Part shown: positions 39,528-52,596 of the stretch, piece by piece | Position numbering within the stretch: the first letter of the stretch is position 1 | How the letters are laid out: each line of letters begins with the position of its first letter | From: Eledone cirrhosa | Taxonomy: Eukaryota | Length of the DNA: 64,000 bases | Direction: 5' to 3' | NCBI GenBank assembly: GCA_964016885.1 | Contig: OZ024762.1 | Coordinates: 23,746,001-23,810,000, forward strand | Made by a program: the position numbers and the translations under genes | The notes under the pieces: generated by a model | Databases searched by the model: none | What the model was told of the DNA's origin: nothing | The model's input: only the letters and a program-made list of their open reading frames with translations

Positions 39528-41897
39528 AGCAGCAGCAGCACCACCACCACCACCACCACCAGCAACAACAACAACAGCTCCACCACCAGCAACACCACCA
39601 CCACCACCACCAACACCACCACCAGCAACAACAACAACAGCACTACCTATAACAGCACCACCACCAGCAACAACACCACCACCACCACCACCACTAACAG
39701 CACCACCACCACCAACACCACCACCAGCAACAACAACAACAGCACCACCTATAACAGCACCACCACCAGCAACAACAACACCACCACCACTAACAACAAC
39801 AGCAACAACAACAGCACTACCTATAACAGCACCACCACCAGCAACACCACCAACACCACCACTAACAACAACAACACCACCACCACCACCAGCAACAACA
39901 CCACTACCACCACCAACAACAGCAACAACAACAGCACTACCTATAACAGCACCACCACCAGCAACACCACCAACACCACCACTAACAACAACAACACCAC
40001 CACCACCACTACCACCAGCAACAACAACAACAGCAACAACACCACCAACAACACTACCACCACCACCACTACCACCATCAACATCACAACCACCAACAAC
40101 AACAACACCATAACCATCTACCACTACCACCATCACCACAACCATCAACACCAACATTACCAACACCACAACTATCAATACTACTACTACTACCACCACA
40201 TCCATCACTGCAAGTAATACCAACATCACCACAACTACCAACACTACTATCACCTACCATCACTACAACCACCACCACCACCACTAACAACAACACTACC
40301 ACCACCAACACCACAACCAACACTACAACCATCTACCTCCATCACCACCACCACCACCACTAACAACACTACCACCACCAACACCACAACCAACACTACA
40401 ACCATCTACCTCCATCACCACCACCACCACCACCACCACTAACAACACTACCACCACCAACACCACAACCAACACTACTACCATCACCACCACCACCACC
40501 ACCACCACCACCACTAACAACACTACCACCACCAACACCACAACCAACACTACTACCATCTACCACCACCACCATCACAAACAACCATCACCACCACCAC
40601 TACTAACAACAGCACCATAACCATCGCTATTACTTATACCACCACCACAACCACAACCAATACTGCCACAACTATCACCACTACCACCACCACAACCACT
40701 AATGCCACCACCACAACCACAACCAATACTGCCACAACTATCACCACTACCACCACCACAACCACTAATGCCACCACCACAACCACTAATGCCACCACCA
40801 CAACCACTAATGCCACCACCACAACCACAACTGCCACAACTATCACCACCACTACCACCACCACAACCACTAATGCCACCACCACAACCACTAATGCCAC
40901 CACCACAACCACAACCAATACTGCCACAACTATCACCACCACTACCACCACCACAACCACTAATGCCACCACCACAACCACTAATGCCACCACCACAACC
41001 ACAACCAATACTGCCACAACTATCACCACCACTACCACCACCACAACCACTAATGCCACCACCACAACCACTAATGCCACCACCACAACCACAACCAATA
41101 CTGCCACAACTATCACCACCACTACCACCACCACAACCACTAATGCCACCACCACAACCATAATTACCACAACTACCACCACAACCACCACCACAACCAC
41201 CATCACAACTACCAACACCAACAACACTACTAACAACAACAACAACACTACCACAACCACCATCACTACTACCAACACCACAAATACCAATACTTCTATT
41301 AATACCACCACCACAACTACAAATACCACCGCAACCGCCATCACCATCACTACTACCAAAACCACAACCACAACTACCACTACCACTACAACTACCAACA
41401 CTACACCACTACTTCCAATACTACTATTAATATGAAAACTACCACCACTACCACAACCGCCACAACTACCACTACATCTACCAATACTACCACAACTACT
41501 TCCAATACTACCTACCACCACAACCACTACTACCACCACCACAACCACTACTACCAATACTACCACCACCACCACAACCACTACTACCAATACTACCACC
41601 ACCACCACAACCACTACTACCAATACTACCACCACCATCACCACCACTAATACCAATACTACCACCACTACCACCACCACCACTATCATCACCACCACTA
41701 CTACCACTACCACTACAACCACCACCACCACCACCACCACCACTACAACCACCACCACCACCACCACCACCACTATTACCAATACTACCACCACCACCAC
41801 CACTACTACCACTACCACCACAACCACCACTACAACCACCACTACCACCTCCACCACTACCACCACAACCACCACTACCACTACAACCACCACTACA

Positions 41898-41944
<47 letters not shown>

Positions 41945-41948
41945 CACT
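39528..41948. repeat. (ACC/AAC/ACT)n trinucleotide field with internal 90-bp higher-order repeats
   Basis: Directly visible; PQPLMPPPQ periodicity at 40650-41160. Confidence 0.9.
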
Positions 41949-42209
41949 AAGAAATATTAAACTATAAAATAGATTGGAAACAAATTTTTTTTTTCAAAAT
42001 TACATTTTCATATATTTTTTTTCTCTAAATTATTTTTCTAAAATAGATTTATTGATCTTCTTCGATATTTATTTTTATTTTTATTTTAATTTTATTTCAT
42101 GTGTTTTTGTTTTTAATTTATTATTTATTAATTTTTTAGAAACATTTTTCACTGAATTTTTCATTTTATATTTTTAAACTTTTAACGTTTTATACTTTTT
42201 AGAAAATAT

Positions 42210-42625
42210 TTTATATGTGTATATATATATATATGTGTGTGTGTGTATATATGTATGTGTATATGTGTGTATGATATGTGTGATGTATGTGTGTGATGTG
42301 TGTGTATGTATAAGTGAAGTATATATGTGTGTATATATATGGATGTATGTATAAATGTGATGTATAGGTGTGTAAGTATAAATGTATGTGATGTATATAT
42401 ATGTGTGTGTATATATGTATGTGGTGTATATGTGGGTATGAGATGTATATATATATGTGTGTGTATGTGAATATGTGTGTGTATGTGAATATGTATGTGA
42501 TGTATATATGTATGTATATGTATATATATGTGATGTATATACATGTGTTTGTGATGTCTGTGTGTATATGTATGTGACACGTGTGTGCATATGATATATA
42601 ATGTATGTGTATATATGTATGTAAG

Positions 42626-42667
<42 letters not shown>

Positions 42668-42913
42668 ATATGTATGTGACATATGTGTGTGCATATGATA
42701 TATAAGGTGTGTGTGTATATGTATGTGACATGTGTGTGCATATGATATATAAGGTATGTGTATATATGATTGAGACATGCATGTATATATATATATATAA
42801 ATATGTAATATATATATAAATATGTAATATATATATATGTGTGTGTATATGTATGTGGCATGTGTGTGCATATGATATATAATGTATGTGTATATATGTA
42901 TGTGAGACATGCA

Positions 42914-42966
<53 letters not shown>

Positions 42967-43509
42967 ATATGTATGTGGCATGTGTGTGCATATGATATAT
43001 AATGTATGTGTATATATGTATGTGAGACATGCATGTGTGTATATATATATATATATATATGTGTGTGTATATGTATGTGACGTGTGTGCATATGATATAT
43101 AAGGTGTGTGTATATATGTATGTGAGACATGCATGTATGTATATATATATATATGTAATATATATATATATGTGTGTGTGTGTATTTGTATGTAATGTAT
43201 GTGTGTGATTATGGATATATTATGTGTGTAAGTGTGTTTGTGTGTGTGCATATTGAGTGCAGTATGCACAACACAGTCGCGTGCACATGCACATATGCAC
43301 CAACATTTGTATCTTGTGTAATATGTACTTGACTGTCATGGGTTGTGGAGTGGGGTGGAGTAGATCTGGTTCTCGTACATGTCTTCATGTATGCATATTT
43401 CTGTATATATATATATGTGTGTATGTGTGTATATATATATATGTGTGTATATATGTGTATATATATATGTGTGTGTATATATATGTGTATATATATATAT
43501 ATGTGTATA

Positions 43510-43540
<31 letters not shown>

Positions 43541-43623
43541 GTGTATATATATGTGTATATATATATATATATGTGTGTGTATATGTGTGTATATATGTGT
43601 GTATATATATATATATGTGTGTA

Positions 43624-43654
<31 letters not shown>

Positions 43655-43701
43655 GTGTGTATATATGTGTGTATATATATATATATGTGTGTATATATAT
43701 G

Positions 43702-43736
<35 letters not shown>

Positions 43737-43955
43737 GTGTGTATATATATGTGTATGTATGTATATATAATGTACACAGAAGTAGGTACTCGTTTGAGAA
43801 TCTAATGTGCACACATTCAGTTCTTCTGTAGTATAACTGCATATATTTATTAATGCATAAAGGTATATACATACATGCTTATGTGCATGTATGTATATAT
43901 TAAATCATTTTTATTTCATATATATATATATATATATATACGTATATGTGTAATA

Positions 43956-44006
<51 letters not shown>

Positions 44007-44276
44007 AATCTATATATATGTGTGTTAGTATATATATGAACACATCTTCATCCAAACATATTTGCAGTCTCACACACGTGTGTGTGAGACTGTGTGTGTA
44101 TATGTGTGTGTGTCTGTGTATCTGTGTGTCTGTATGTGTCTGTGTGTGTCTCTGTATGTGTGTCTGTGTGTATGTGTGTGTGTGTGTCTATGTGTCTGTG
44201 TGTGTCTTTGTGTCTGTATGTGTGTCTCTCTGTGTATGTGTGTCTGTGTATGTGTGTCTATGTGTCTATGTATGTA

Positions 44277-44308
<32 letters not shown>

Positions 44309-44648
44309 TGTGTATGTGTGTGTATGTGTGTGTCTATATGTGTGTCTGTCTGTGTGTGTGTGTATGTGTGTCTATGTATGTGTGTCTCTCTGTGTCTGTG
44401 TGTATGTGTATGTGTGTCTATGTATGTGTGTCTATGTGTGTATGTGTGTCTCTCTGTGTATGTGTGTATGTGTGTCTGTGTATGTGTGTCTGTGTGTCTA
44501 TGTGTCTATGTATGTGTGTGTGTGTATGTGTGCAATATTTTCCCTGTTATGATGAGAGTATCAAGCGAGGATTGGCAAGTGTAGAAATGGAACTACATTG
44601 ATAATTTCTCCATACAGCAGCTATCATCACCATCATCTTAACCATCAC

Positions 44649-44704
<56 letters not shown>

Positions 44705-46060
44705 CCACCATCACCATCACCATCATCTTAACCATCATCATCATCATCATCATCTTAACCATCATCATCACCATTATCTTAACCATCACCATCATCTTAA
44801 CCATCATCATCATCTTTACCATCACCATCATCTTTACCATCACCATCATCTTAACCATCATCGTCATCAACACCATCATCACCACCACCATCTCCATACA
44901 GCAGCTATCATCGTCATCACCATCATCTTAACCATCATCGCCATCATCACCATCATCACCATCATCACCATCATCACCACCACCATCTCCATACAGCAGC
45001 TATCATCGTCATCACCATCATCTTAACCATCATCGTCATCAACACCATCATCACCATCATCACCATCATCACCATCATCACCATCATCATCTCCATACAG
45101 CAGCTATCATCAACATTATCATCTTTATCATGACTACTACCATAATCATAACAATCAGATCTACCGCACCTTCCCCACCATCACCCACCCCATCCCTGTC
45201 ACCATCACCACCCAACCACCCCTGTCACCACCCCACCTCACCACCCCATTCATCACACTACCGCCCCACTCCAACCCTGTCACCCACCACCCTACCACCA
45301 CTGTCATCACCCCACCCCCACCCCACCACCACTGTTATCACCCCACCCCACCCCACCACCACTGTCACCATCAACCCCCCCCCCCTGCCATCACCCCACC
45401 CCAGCCATCACCCCACCCCATTACAATGATATTTTAATCAATAACGCAGTTTGATTTTAAATGTCACTTGGTATATTAAGTGGTTGTAGTGGTGGTGGTG
45501 GTGCTAGTGGTGGTGGTGGTGGTTGTGGTGGTGGTGGTGTTGATTGTGATAATGGTGGTGATGGTGATTGTGATGGTGGTGGTGATTGTGGTGATGGTGG
45601 TGATGGTTTTGGTTGTGGTGATTGTGATGTTGGTGGTGGTAGTGCTGTTGATGATAGTGGTGATGATGATTGTGGTGGAGGTGGTTGTGGTGGGGACGGT
45701 GGTGGTAGCAGTGCTTCTGATGATTATGATAATGGTGCTGGTGGCAGTGGTGATGGCGGTGATTGTGGTGATGGTGGTGGTGGTGGTGGTGGTGTTGATA
45801 GTGGTGGTGGTAGTGATGGTGATGGTGGTGGTGCTGGTGGTAGTGATGGTGATGGTGATGGTTGTGGTGGTGGTGATTGTGGTGATGGTGGTGGTAGTGG
45901 TGGTGGTGGTGTTGATAGTGGTGGTGGTGGTGTTGATAGTGGTGGTGGTAGTGTTGGTGGTGGTGCTGGTGGTAGTGATGGTGGTGGTGCTGGTGGTAGT
46001 GATGGTGGTAGTAGTCATGGTGGTGTTGGTGGTTGTGATAGTGGTGGTGGTGGTTGTAGT
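42210..46060. repeat. Succession of (TA/TG)n, (TGTC), (CAT)n, C-rich and (GGT)n simple repeats
   Basis: Directly visible, with short unique islands. Confidence 0.85.
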
Positions 46061-46189
46061 AGATGGAATGTTTTGAGACAATGTTTTACATGAGCAATAA
46101 AAGAGGGAATATAAAGAGAGAGAGGGGGAACAGTAAAAAGCACCTCCACCTTCTGTCATACAATTAAGGGTTGTTTCCATAGGTTGACT

Positions 46190-46968
46190 ATGAAAGAGTG
46201 ATGCTAGGACTGTGAAATCTTGCATGGATTAATTTTAAGTCTTATTAATAACTGAACGGTGGATTGGCAGTATCAGTAGAGAGTCGGACGCCATGCTTTC
46301 CAGCAAAGAGTTACGGCCCTTTATGGTCTGAGTTCAAATCCTGCCGAGGTTAACTTTGCCTTTCATCCTTACAGGGTTGATAAAATAAAGTACCAGTAAT
46401 ACACTGGTATAATTGCTGGCCTTGTGCCAAAAGTAGAAACAATTATTAATAACTGGATTGTTTCTTTCCAAGGGACTTGGTTGACAAATAAACCTCATTT
46501 AGTTATTCCATAAGAGTATCTTGGTCAGTATATGTTGGAGTGATGTTAGAGATGTGAAATCTTGCATGCATTAACTCCAACTATTTCTTAGTAATAACTG
46601 CATTGTTTCTTTCAAGGGTCTATGTTGAAAAATAAACATCATTTGGTCATTGCATGAGATTATCTTGGTCAGCCTATGATGGAGTGATGCAAGAGCTGTG
46701 AAATCTTGCATGTATTAATTTCAACCTCTTCTTATCAATAACTGGATTGTTTCTTTCCTGGGGACTTAGTTGGAAAATAAACCTCATTTTGTCATTCCAT
46801 GAGAGTATCTTGGTCAGCCTATGTTGGAGTGATGTTAGAACTGTGAAATCTTGCATGCATTAATTTCAACCTCTTCTTATCAATAACTGGATTGTTTCTT
46901 TCCTGGGGACTTAGTTGGAAAATAAACCTCATTTTGTCATTCCATGAGAGTATCTTGGTCAGCCTATG
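46190..46968. repeat. ~145-bp diverged tandem repeat (4 units), first unit interrupted by a SINE
   Basis: GAGTGATG..TGTGAAATCTTGCATG at ~46196, 46538, 46682 and 46827. Confidence 0.85.
46255..46443 (+). mobile_element. SINE S1, full length, with 13-bp TSD
   Basis: TTATTAATAACTG on both sides. Confidence 0.9.
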
Positions 46969-47109
46969 AACCTTTCACTTAATGAACTTTTCAGCCGACC
47001 CTCCTCTATGCCATGTGTATAGAATAAGGTTCACTGTATCGCCGTGTTGTATGAGGTGAATAATACTTGTAAGGGACAGGAAGGGCAAAACAAAAATCCT
47101 ATCCATATA

Positions 47110-47410
47110 CCTTCTTCTTCTTCACCCACTTATTCCTGAGAGGGTCGTGGATGCAGAGTCCTCAAACACTCCTTCCAACAGGTCTGGTCAGGAGCAACTG
47201 TCTCCAACTGATCCAGCTTGATCCCCAAGCATGGCTAGTCAAGCTTATAGATGTTATCCAACCATCTTGCTCAGGGTCTACCTCTGGGTCTCCTCCCGGT
47301 TGGTTTTGCCCATTAAATCTGTCCAGCGATTCATTCCTGAGACATTCTAACCACATTCTAACCTATAGTATCGGAGCAGTGATCTCTCAGTTCGGAGAAA
47401 TAGGTCTTCT
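47110..47410 (-). pseudogene. Single-copy 3' fragment of the second RTE family with (GAA)n tail
   Basis: Homologous to 34953-35220; the minus strand contains RGRPxARWLDNIYKL. Confidence 0.75.
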
Positions 47411-47509
47411 CTAATATATATATTTAAAGGATCAATCGACTTTCGTCAAATCGGACCGAGGAAACAATGTTTCCGCTGGTCTTTCCAATTGCTAATACTA
47501 TCTATCGGT

Positions 47510-47643
47510 CGCAACTCCAGGTAGAAGGAGCAACATGAAATAAAGTGTATTGCTCAAGGACATAACGCATCGCCCGGTCCAGGAATTGAACTCACAACCT
47601 CAAGATTGTGAATCCAATTCTCTTACCACTCAGCCACACACCT
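47510..47643 (-). mobile_element. tRNA-derived SINE family S2, head fragment
   Basis: Matches 58670-58793 (TGGCTGAGTGGTAAGA...GAGTTCAATTCC...CCTTGAGCAA.ACACTTTATTTCA). Confidence 0.75.
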
Positions 47644-47646
47644 TCA

Positions 47647-47713
<67 letters not shown>

Positions 47714-47972
47714 ATATATATATTATATATATATTATATATATATTATATATATATTATATATATATTATATATATATATTATATATATATTATATATAT
47801 ATATTATATATATATATTATATATATATTATATATATATTATATATATATATTATATATATATTATATATATATATTATATATATATTATATATATATTA
47901 TATATATATTATATATATATATTATATATATATTATATATATATTATATATATATTATATATATATTATATA

Positions 47973-48162
47973 GGGCGGTGGATTGGCAGTATCGGTAGAG
48001 GGTCGGACGCCATGCTTTCCAGCATAGTTACGTCCCTTTACGATCTGAGTTCAAATCCCGCCGAGGTTGACTTTGCCTTTCATCCTTACGGGGTCGATAA
48101 AATAAAGTACCAGTAATGCACTGGGTAATTTGCTGGCCTTGTGCCAAAAGTAGAAACAATTA
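47973..48162 (+). mobile_element. SINE S1, full length (left boundary of the duplicated unit)
   Basis: Complete head, core and tail. Confidence 0.9.
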
Positions 48163-48289
48163 TATATATATTATATATATATTATATATATATTATATAT
48201 ATATATTTTGGAAAAATTTGAACAGGGACAAAACAGAGAGGCAGTACAACAAATGTTTATTAATTTCAGGCTCTGGAGAGTGGAGTGTT

Positions 48290-48352
<63 letters not shown>

Positions 48353-48480
48353 GTAGAACACGGGAAGGTTATATCCATAGTAGTAGACCAATCAGTCCAT
48401 GGGACGAGTTTGGTACAAGTAGTTCCACAACAGTTCACCATACCGAGAACAAATGTTTCACCACATTCGGATATTCAAAG

Positions 48481-48521
48481 CCAAGCTGAGGATCCAAATA
48501 AGGTGAAACATTTGTTCTCGG
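48481..48521 (+). ncRNA. Minimal type I hammerhead fold within a fold-back element
   Basis: CCAAG-CTGAGGA-t CC aaataa GG t-GAAA-CA tt TG-TT-CTCGG. The arm 48434-48462 is inverted relative to 48502-48530. Confidence 0.55.
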
Positions 48522-48559
48522 TATGGTGAATTACTTTGTTAAACATTCATAACCTTCCA

Positions 48560-51500
48560 GCTAGCTACCCCACACCCCTCCCTCCCGCCCCCACACGCCA
48601 CCATACTTAATACGTGGACCAATCATAAGCCAGAGCCCCCCCCCCCCCGCATCACCACCATTATTATAAGCCAGAGCCACCCACCCCCACCCCCACGCAT
48701 CACCATTATTATTATTACGCGGACCAAATCATAAGCCAGAGGCCTATACTATCGCTTGCCCGGTTGCCTTCGATATACGATGGATGGATGGATGGACGGA
48801 CGGACTGCGGAATCCTTGGAGAGTGGAAGGGAGAGAAAAATCTGGACGCCCAGAGCGAAAATGCCAAAGTTAAAGTCAAATTCACCTCGTGGACGAGAAT
48901 GCGAGCACTCCTCTTTGTTTCGTCCGCGGATGGCTAACATAACCCTATCTCCTCCCGCCCCCCACCACCCCCACCCTCCAAACGCAACCCAAAACTTCAG
49001 AGTTGGTACCATAAATGTAGGCACCCTAAAGGGGCGCGCTAACGAGGTTGTAGAAATGCTTGAACGTAAGGAGGTCGATGTTTGTTGTATTCAAGAGACC
49101 AGGTGGAGGGGTGGGTCTGCTAGATTCATTGAGGGTAAAAAACGATGTTATAAGCTTTTCTGGGTGGGAAACGACGATGGGCTGGGTGGAGTAGGAATCA
49201 TGGTAGCAGAAAAGTGGGCAGATAAGATAATAGACGTAAATAGAGTGAACGACAGAATAATTAAAATAAGACTTGTCCTCAATAGAACTACGGTGACAGT
49301 AATATCTGCGTACGCACCCCAATCCGGACTGCCCGGCACTATAAAAGACAGATTCTATGAGACACTGTTGCTAACTACCTCCCAAATATCTGACAGTGAC
49401 TATATAATTATTGCAGGCGACCTAAATGGTCACGTTGGACAACATTGTGACGGCTATGACGAAATCCATGGAGGCTATGGGTTTGGTACTAGAAATGAGG
49501 AAGGCTCCAGAATTCTGGAATACTGTGATGCAAATAACCTAACTATCTGTAACACTAACTTCAAAAAACGTGACAATCACCTGATTACCTATAGATCCGG
49601 GGAACACACAAGCCAGGTAGATTATATCCTTACCAGAAGACGTGACAGAGTGTCTGTTGTAAACACTAAATCCCTCCCCCATGAAGAATGCACCTCCCAA
49701 CATAGACTGATAATTAGCGACCTCATAGTCAGGACGAGACGCACCCGACAGCAGAAGAGGACTATCCTCAGGAGGAAAATATGGAAACTAAAAGACCCCA
49801 CAGCCAGAAATAAATTTCAAAGCATATTACTTGATGCTTTCGACAGTAAGGAAGAGCATCTAGAATCGGACAATATAGAGGGACAGTGGAAATTTCTGAA
49901 AGCTAACCTGCTGTTGGCGACAGACGAAGTCTGTGGCTGGAGCAGGCCTGTAGGCAGGAGGAGAGTAACATGGTGGTGGAACAGTAAGGTGGAGGGGTCA
50001 ATTAAGGCCAAAAAGCAGGCTTGGAAAGTATGGCGGGATGGGGGAAGTAGAGTAGACTATCAAGTGGCCAGGAGGGAAGCTAGGAGAGAAGTGTACTTAG
50101 CAAGAAGGGAAGCTGAGGAAAGAAAGTTCAAGCATGTTCTACAACGCGATGACCAAAAACGTGAGGTGTTCAGGATTGCCAGGCAATGCGTCAAGGAAAA
50201 CCGTGATATTGTCGGGGAGAAGTGTGTACTTAACGATGATGGCATACTTGCCATCACCGACACTGATAAGAAGGTAGCTTGGAAGTGTCACTATGAAAGG
50301 CTACTAAATGAGGAGAATAAATGGGAGAAAGACAGTCTCCCCCATATCGACCCGATAGAGGGACCAGCAGTGTTAGTCGAGGGGAGTATAATAAGTAAGG
50401 CAATCAAGGATATGAAGACTGGTAAGGCGGCTGGGCCTTCGGAAATAGTTGCTGAGATGCTGAAGGCATCTGGCACGGTGGGACACACCATGGTCACCCG
50501 CATAGTTAACCAAGTCGTACAGAATGGGGTTGTTCCGAAGGACTGGCATAGCAGCATCATCGTTAACTGTTATAAGGGTAAAGGAGACGCCCTAGATAGG
50601 AGTAACTATAGAGGCATTAAATTAATCGACCAGGTCATGAAGGTCACGGAAAAAGTAATAGCGCAACTAATCAGAGAGAGAATTGATCTAGATGAAATGC
50701 AGTTCGGGTTTGTGTCAGGCAAAAGCACCACAGACGCTCTTTTCATAGTACGACAACTACAGGAGAAGTACCTAGCTAAAGGTAAACCCCTCTACTTAGC
50801 TTTTGTCGACCTGGAGAAAGCCTTCGACAGAGTCCCCCGCTCCATTATCTGGTGGGCTCTTAGAAAACTAGGCGTTGACGAATGGCTTGTGAGGGCTATA
50901 CAAGCCATGTATAAAGAAACAGTCAGCAAGGTTAGAATTAACAACGAATATAGTGAAGAGTTTAGCGTAAAAGTTGGCGTCCATCAGGGCTCTGTTCTCA
51001 GCCCCCTACTATTTATTATTGCCCTTCAGGCTATAACAGAGGAGTTCAAGACAGGCTGCCCATGGGAACTCCTATACGCAGACGACCTGACACTCATAGC
51101 GGAATCAATGGCCGAGCTAGAGAAGAAATTCCAAACATGGAAGCACGGCCTAGAGTCAAAAGGACTTAAAATTAACCTGGCTAAGACCAAAGTTCTAGTT
51201 TGTAGGAAAGAAAACAAGGCGGCGGTCCCTTCTGGGAAATGGTCGTGCTCGGTATGTAGGAAAGGCGTAGGTAGAAACTCCATCTTATGTCCTAAATGCA
51301 AAGTATGGGTGCATAAAAGATGTAGTGGGATCACAGGTAAGCTAACTAAGAACATAGACTTTACATGTGGCCGGTGTTCTGGTGCAATAAGTAGCAGCAA
51401 GTGCCCACAAAATACTAGCTCTTTCAATTGCGCAGAGGGTTTTATAGAAATAGTGGACAGCTTCCGTTACCTGGGCGATAAAATCAGCAGTGGGGGAGGG

Positions 51501-52398
51501 TGCTCTGAAAGTACTGTAGCTAGAGTCAGAACTGGTTGGAAAAAGTTCAGAGAGCTTATACCACTATTAGCTGCTAAAGGGTTCTCCCTAAAAATGAAAG
51601 GCAGGTTGTACGATGCCTGCATACGAACAGCAATGTTGCATGGCAGTGAGACCTGGGCATTGTGTGCAGAGGATATACGCAGACTAGAGAGGAACGAAGC
51701 TTGCATGCTCCGCTGGATGTGTAACAGTAATATACGTGAACGGCAAAGCATAAACGAACTAAGGAAAAAATTAGAGATAAGAGGGATCAGATGTTGTTTA
51801 CTCGAGAGAAGGCTGCGTTGGTATGGACACGTGATGCGCATGAAAGTCGATAGCTGTATTACAAAGTGCAGGGCAATAAAGATAGACGGTAGCCACGGAA
51901 TAGGCAGACCTAGAAAAACATGGGATGAGCTGATAAACTCCGACCTCACACACTTACACCTCTCCAAGACAATGTCACTGGACCGTGACCTTTGGCGGTA
52001 CTCAGTAACAGAGAAGACCCGCCTTGCCAGTAGGCATCTCTAACAAAATACACCCCTCCCGCCGCCACCCCCACCCCATCCACACCACCCCGTTCTATGT
52101 AAAGTTATGTTGGTGCCGCGCCATCCAGGCCGAAACAAATGAGATCGTGTAGGTGTCACGACAAAAAAACACACAGTCCACGCTGTAATGTGGCCGTGTA
52201 GGCAACACGGTAAAAACCTCCCAGACCCACACTGTAAATGTGGTTGGTGTTAGGAAGGGCATCCAACTGTAGAAAACCTGCCAGACAGTCCTATGCGAGC
52301 AAGACAATCACTCTTGCCTCAAGTGGGACTACCCCCGTCCAAACCCATGCAAGCGTGGAACACGGACGTTAAACGTTGATGATGATGATGATGATGAT
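48560..52398 (+). mobile_element. RTE-clade LINE, apparently full length, copy 1
   Basis: 5' region with three ATAAGCCAGAG repeats, a single long ORF, a ~330-bp 3' UTR and a (GAT)n tail. 5' boundary approximate. Confidence 0.9.
48756..52043 (+). CDS. APE endonuclease / reverse transcriptase polyprotein with inserted PHD-type finger (first ATG 48780)
   Basis: EN: GTINVGTL, CIQETRW, SAYAPQ, AGDLNGHVG, QVDYIL, SQHRL. RT: NYRGIKL, QFGF, FVDLEKAFDRV, GVHQGSVLSPLLF, YADD, FRYLG. RTE C-terminus: RLRWYGHVMR, GRPRKTW. Confidence 0.95.
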   Translation: MPGCLRYTMDGWMDGRTAESLESGRERKIWTPRAKMPKLKSNSPRGRECEHSSLFRPRMANITLSPPAPHHPHPPNATQNFRVGTINVGTLKGRANEVVEMLERKEVDVCCIQETRWRGGSARFIEGKKRCYKLFWVGNDDGLGGVGIMVAEKWADKIIDVNRVNDRIIKIRLVLNRTTVTVISAYAPQSGLPGTIKDRFYETLLLTTSQISDSDYIIIAGDLNGHVGQHCDGYDEIHGGYGFGTRNEEGSRILEYCDANNLTICNTNFKKRDNHLITYRSGEHTSQVDYILTRRRDRVSVVNTKSLPHEECTSQHRLIISDLIVRTRRTRQQKRTILRRKIWKLKDPTARNKFQSILLDAFDSKEEHLESDNIEGQWKFLKANLLLATDEVCGWSRPVGRRRVTWWWNSKVEGSIKAKKQAWKVWRDGGSRVDYQVARREARREVYLARREAEERKFKHVLQRDDQKREVFRIARQCVKENRDIVGEKCVLNDDGILAITDTDKKVAWKCHYERLLNEENKWEKDSLPHIDPIEGPAVLVEGSIISKAIKDMKTGKAAGPSEIVAEMLKASGTVGHTMVTRIVNQVVQNGVVPKDWHSSIIVNCYKGKGDALDRSNYRGIKLIDQVMKVTEKVIAQLIRERIDLDEMQFGFVSGKSTTDALFIVRQLQEKYLAKGKPLYLAFVDLEKAFDRVPRSIIWWALRKLGVDEWLVRAIQAMYKETVSKVRINNEYSEEFSVKVGVHQGSVLSPLLFIIALQAITEEFKTGCPWELLYADDLTLIAESMAELEKKFQTWKHGLESKGLKINLAKTKVLVCRKENKAAVPSGKWSCSVCRKGVGRNSILCPKCKVWVHKRCSGITGKLTKNIDFTCGRCSGAISSSKCPQNTSSFNCAEGFIEIVDSFRYLGDKISSGGGCSESTVARVRTGWKKFRELIPLLAAKGFSLKMKGRLYDACIRTAMLHGSETWALCAEDIRRLERNEACMLRWMCNSNIRERQSINELRKKLEIRGIRCCLLERRLRWYGHVMRMKVDSCITKCRAIKIDGSHGIGRPRKTWDELINSDLTHLHLSKTMSLDRDLWRYSVTEKTRLASRHL

Positions 52399-52407
52399 AA
52401 GTATAAT

Positions 52408-52596
52408 GGCGGTGGATTGGCAGTATCGGTAGAGGGTCGGACGCCATGCTTTCCAGCATAGTTACGTCCCTTTACGATCTGAGTTCAAATCCCGCCGAGG
52501 TTGACTTTGCCTTTCATCCTTACGGGGTCGATAAAATAAAGTACCAGTAATGCACTGGGTAATTTGCTGGCCTTGTGCCAAAAGTAGAAACAATTA
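52408..52596 (+). mobile_element. SINE S1, junction copy between the two LINE units
   Basis: Body identical to 47974-48162; upstream flank identical to that of the 56827 copy. Confidence 0.9.

Noticed and set aside
30648-46225. Mucin-, extensin- or glycine-rich-looking ORFs (poly-T, poly-P, poly-V, poly-H, poly-G)
   Set aside because: Trinucleotide repeat fields open in several frames on both strands, with no unique domain or splice support.
47973-48065. tRNA gene-like A/B boxes
   Set aside because: Heads of multi-copy SINEs with core and tail; no complete cloverleaf seen.
49026-51967. Antisense ORFs within the LINE (and within 14203-15739)
   Set aside because: Shadow frames of the RT ORFs with no recognisable motifs.
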